Shown here in pieces: positions 62,401 through 64,000 of a DNA stretch of 64,000 nucleotides. This DNA comes from Botryllus schlosseri. Lineage: Eukaryota. The stretch spans positions 27,838,001 through 27,902,000 of the forward strand of contig CM119381.1 in NCBI GenBank assembly GCA_051294905.1. Direction: 5' to 3'. Made by a program: the position numbers and the translations under genes. The notes beneath the pieces are model-generated. The model did not search any database. It was not told the DNA's origin and saw only the letters and a list, made by a program, of their open reading frames with translations. Numbering within the stretch: the first letter of the stretch is position 1; every line of letters begins with the position of its first letter.

Positions 62401-64000
62401 ATATCAAATATTCCATCACAGTAAATATGTCCAACCATAACGCTTGAAACTGCCGTTTCGCAATCTAGCAATTACCTATAGTATAATCTAGCTCCCCATT
62501 ACGTATCTTGCTAATCTGGAAAATCCAGCTTTTTTAACGTGACACCTGTTTTAGCAGATCACCTTTTAAGCTTTATGGACAAAAGACATGAAATATATTT
62601 TCCGCGTTTTAAAAGTGTATTTCACTTTCAATTGCGAGTATCATAGTTTGAGTTCTAATTACTTTCAGTTCTTTTGTCTGCAGAACATACATGTTGAAGC
62701 ATAAAAGCAAGTGTGGTACTGTCTCTATTTTCGAAAATAAATCCACACCAAGTACAAATTTTACGATCCACAATATTTGTTATTAACGTATACTAATCGC
62801 GCAAAGTGATGAAACCGTATCCGATACAACTTCTACGTATTGCTCTCCGCCTGAACTTGGGGCCTTATAATAAGGGGTACGGCGCCATGCCCTGATATTC
62901 TCTAAAAATGGGGTCTTCTACTCAACAAAGGGTTAGTACCGCATTTTCATATCAATACTTTAATTTTGCATTCCATGATGCGAAACGACGCTTATTCTGT
63001 CGACAATTGATACCTCCTGGAATGCATCAATACGAATCGTAGCTCAATTCGCAGTTTTTGACAGTCCATGCGAAGGAATTAAGATTTTTTTCAAAACTAC
63101 TTACTTACTTGAGTAGATTTAAAGTCAGTGAATTCCACTTCTACGTCAAGTAATTTTAGGTGGCTTATTGAAGAAGTACTTCTACTCGTACTTGAGTAGA
63201 TTTTTTCGTTGCTACTTCTACCTTTACTTGAGTAGCTTTCTTGACTACTTTGACCACCTCTGCCTATTCTTCACTGCTCATTACTCATTACAAGCAGCAT
63301 ATATTCCTCCATTAATCAACTAGGCCAGGGCCGTCACGGTTGCTCGATTACATGCAGAAAGTTGGCCCAATGCTAGTTCCAAATTCAGCGTAAAATGTTG
63401 CGCTTCGAGGTAGATTTTATCAACCCAAAATTATTCATCCTGTTTTGCGCGATTTAATGTCGCCATTTATGATTTCACAACTATATAACAAAAACATCTA
63501 ATCTCCAAAAATGCAAATTATAACGCTGCCTTTCAATTGCTTTCAATCGATCGTTAAAAGTATCTGCGGCCGCTGTTGTATTGTGAGTATCAACTACATA
63601 AGGACAAGGAGGTATATTTTACAATTACGACCAGGCCATATCTATTCCGGGGCAATAGACAAATGAAAACTGTTATTTGAATAACTAGTTTCTGTGGTAT
63701 TACTTACCGGCACTATGTGAGTAGCACCAACAACTACTCTGACCCTGTCTCACCAACCGCCATGTGACCACTAGACCACTGTCATTGCGATTAGCATTAT
63801 AATTCCCACATAGTATTTTGTTTGGCTCTGTGTTAAAACTGGCCTCCGGTGGATAGTTAGCACAAATCATATTTCCCCGCACCTGTTTTTGGTAGCGGCA
63901 CTTCGTCACATTTCCCAGGAATCAGAAGTATGTCGTCCACGCCAATATCCGACTTATAACTGACGCCTCTCACACCCCGGAACTCGAACTGCAACGGAGT
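59466..64000 (-). CDS. 3' part of a MAM-domain + Thr/Pro linker + galaxin-like dicysteine-repeat protein (runs off window end)
   Basis: Exons 64000-63883, 63827-63708, 61443-61299, 61243-61157 and 59649-59466 join in frame (phases 1,1,2,2; two 55-nt introns). MAM C-terminus FEFRGVRGVSYKSDIGVDDILLIPGKC; repeats such as CCGKSLYNVFSNVCCSG and CCGGNRIYKKRTHACCGG. Confidence 0.85.
60312..61115. mobile_element. Non-autonomous hAT (Buster-type) MITE in intron
   Basis: Perfect 16-bp TIR CAGGGGTGGGCAAACT; perfect TSD GCCTAATC; GCGGCCCGC repeats; contains a CAGCGGTTCTCAAACT end at ~60478. Confidence 0.96.
61493..61897. repeat. MITE-like repeat with GGGTTGT(A)CAAAAA termini
   Basis: Related sequence at 1-230, ~53120-53362 and ~28100-28330 (shared CAAATTTGGTG(T/C)GCA block). 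Confidence 0.65.
62065..63262. mobile_element. Non-autonomous Tol2-like hAT element in intron
   Basis: Perfect 10-bp TIR CAGAGGTGGT; TSD CCAATTCT/CCTATTCT (7/8); AAGTA(G) arrays. Its right flank is paralogous to 40310-40620. Confidence 0.92.

Overview
Eukaryotic (metazoan) genomic DNA. It is AT-rich, with GT-AG introns as short as 55 nt and no obvious CpG depletion; an invertebrate, tunicate-like source is inferred but not proven. Host genes reconstructed by hand from splice sites and reading phase: (1) a secreted fibrinogen-related protein with 15 x 23-aa Lys/Asp block-charged repeats (+, 1236-5267); (2) a 3-exon uncharacterised protein with an N-myristoylation-like start (-, 7380-10043); (3) a 9-exon acid lipase of the LIPA/LIPF family (-, 22485-25963); (4) an intronless, probably domesticated hAT transposase with two BED fingers (+, 32851-35367); (5) a short 4-exon fibrinogen-related protein (-, 53740-56453); (6) the 3' part of a MAM-domain plus galaxin-like dicysteine-repeat gene (-, 59466 to window end). 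Between them are about 15 non-autonomous hAT elements with paired termini, most with exact or 7/8-matching 8-bp TSDs. There is also a nested stack at 42.4-49.1 kb (hAT inside a same-family hAT, carrying an intact RTE retrotransposon) and a Chapaev3-like transposase relic. Most notable are a Penelope-type minimal hammerhead ribozyme motif in a 153-bp insertion (48575-48611, - strand) and a dispersed repeat family whose arms carry a hammerhead catalytic core. All calls come from manual reading; no database search or folding computation was run.
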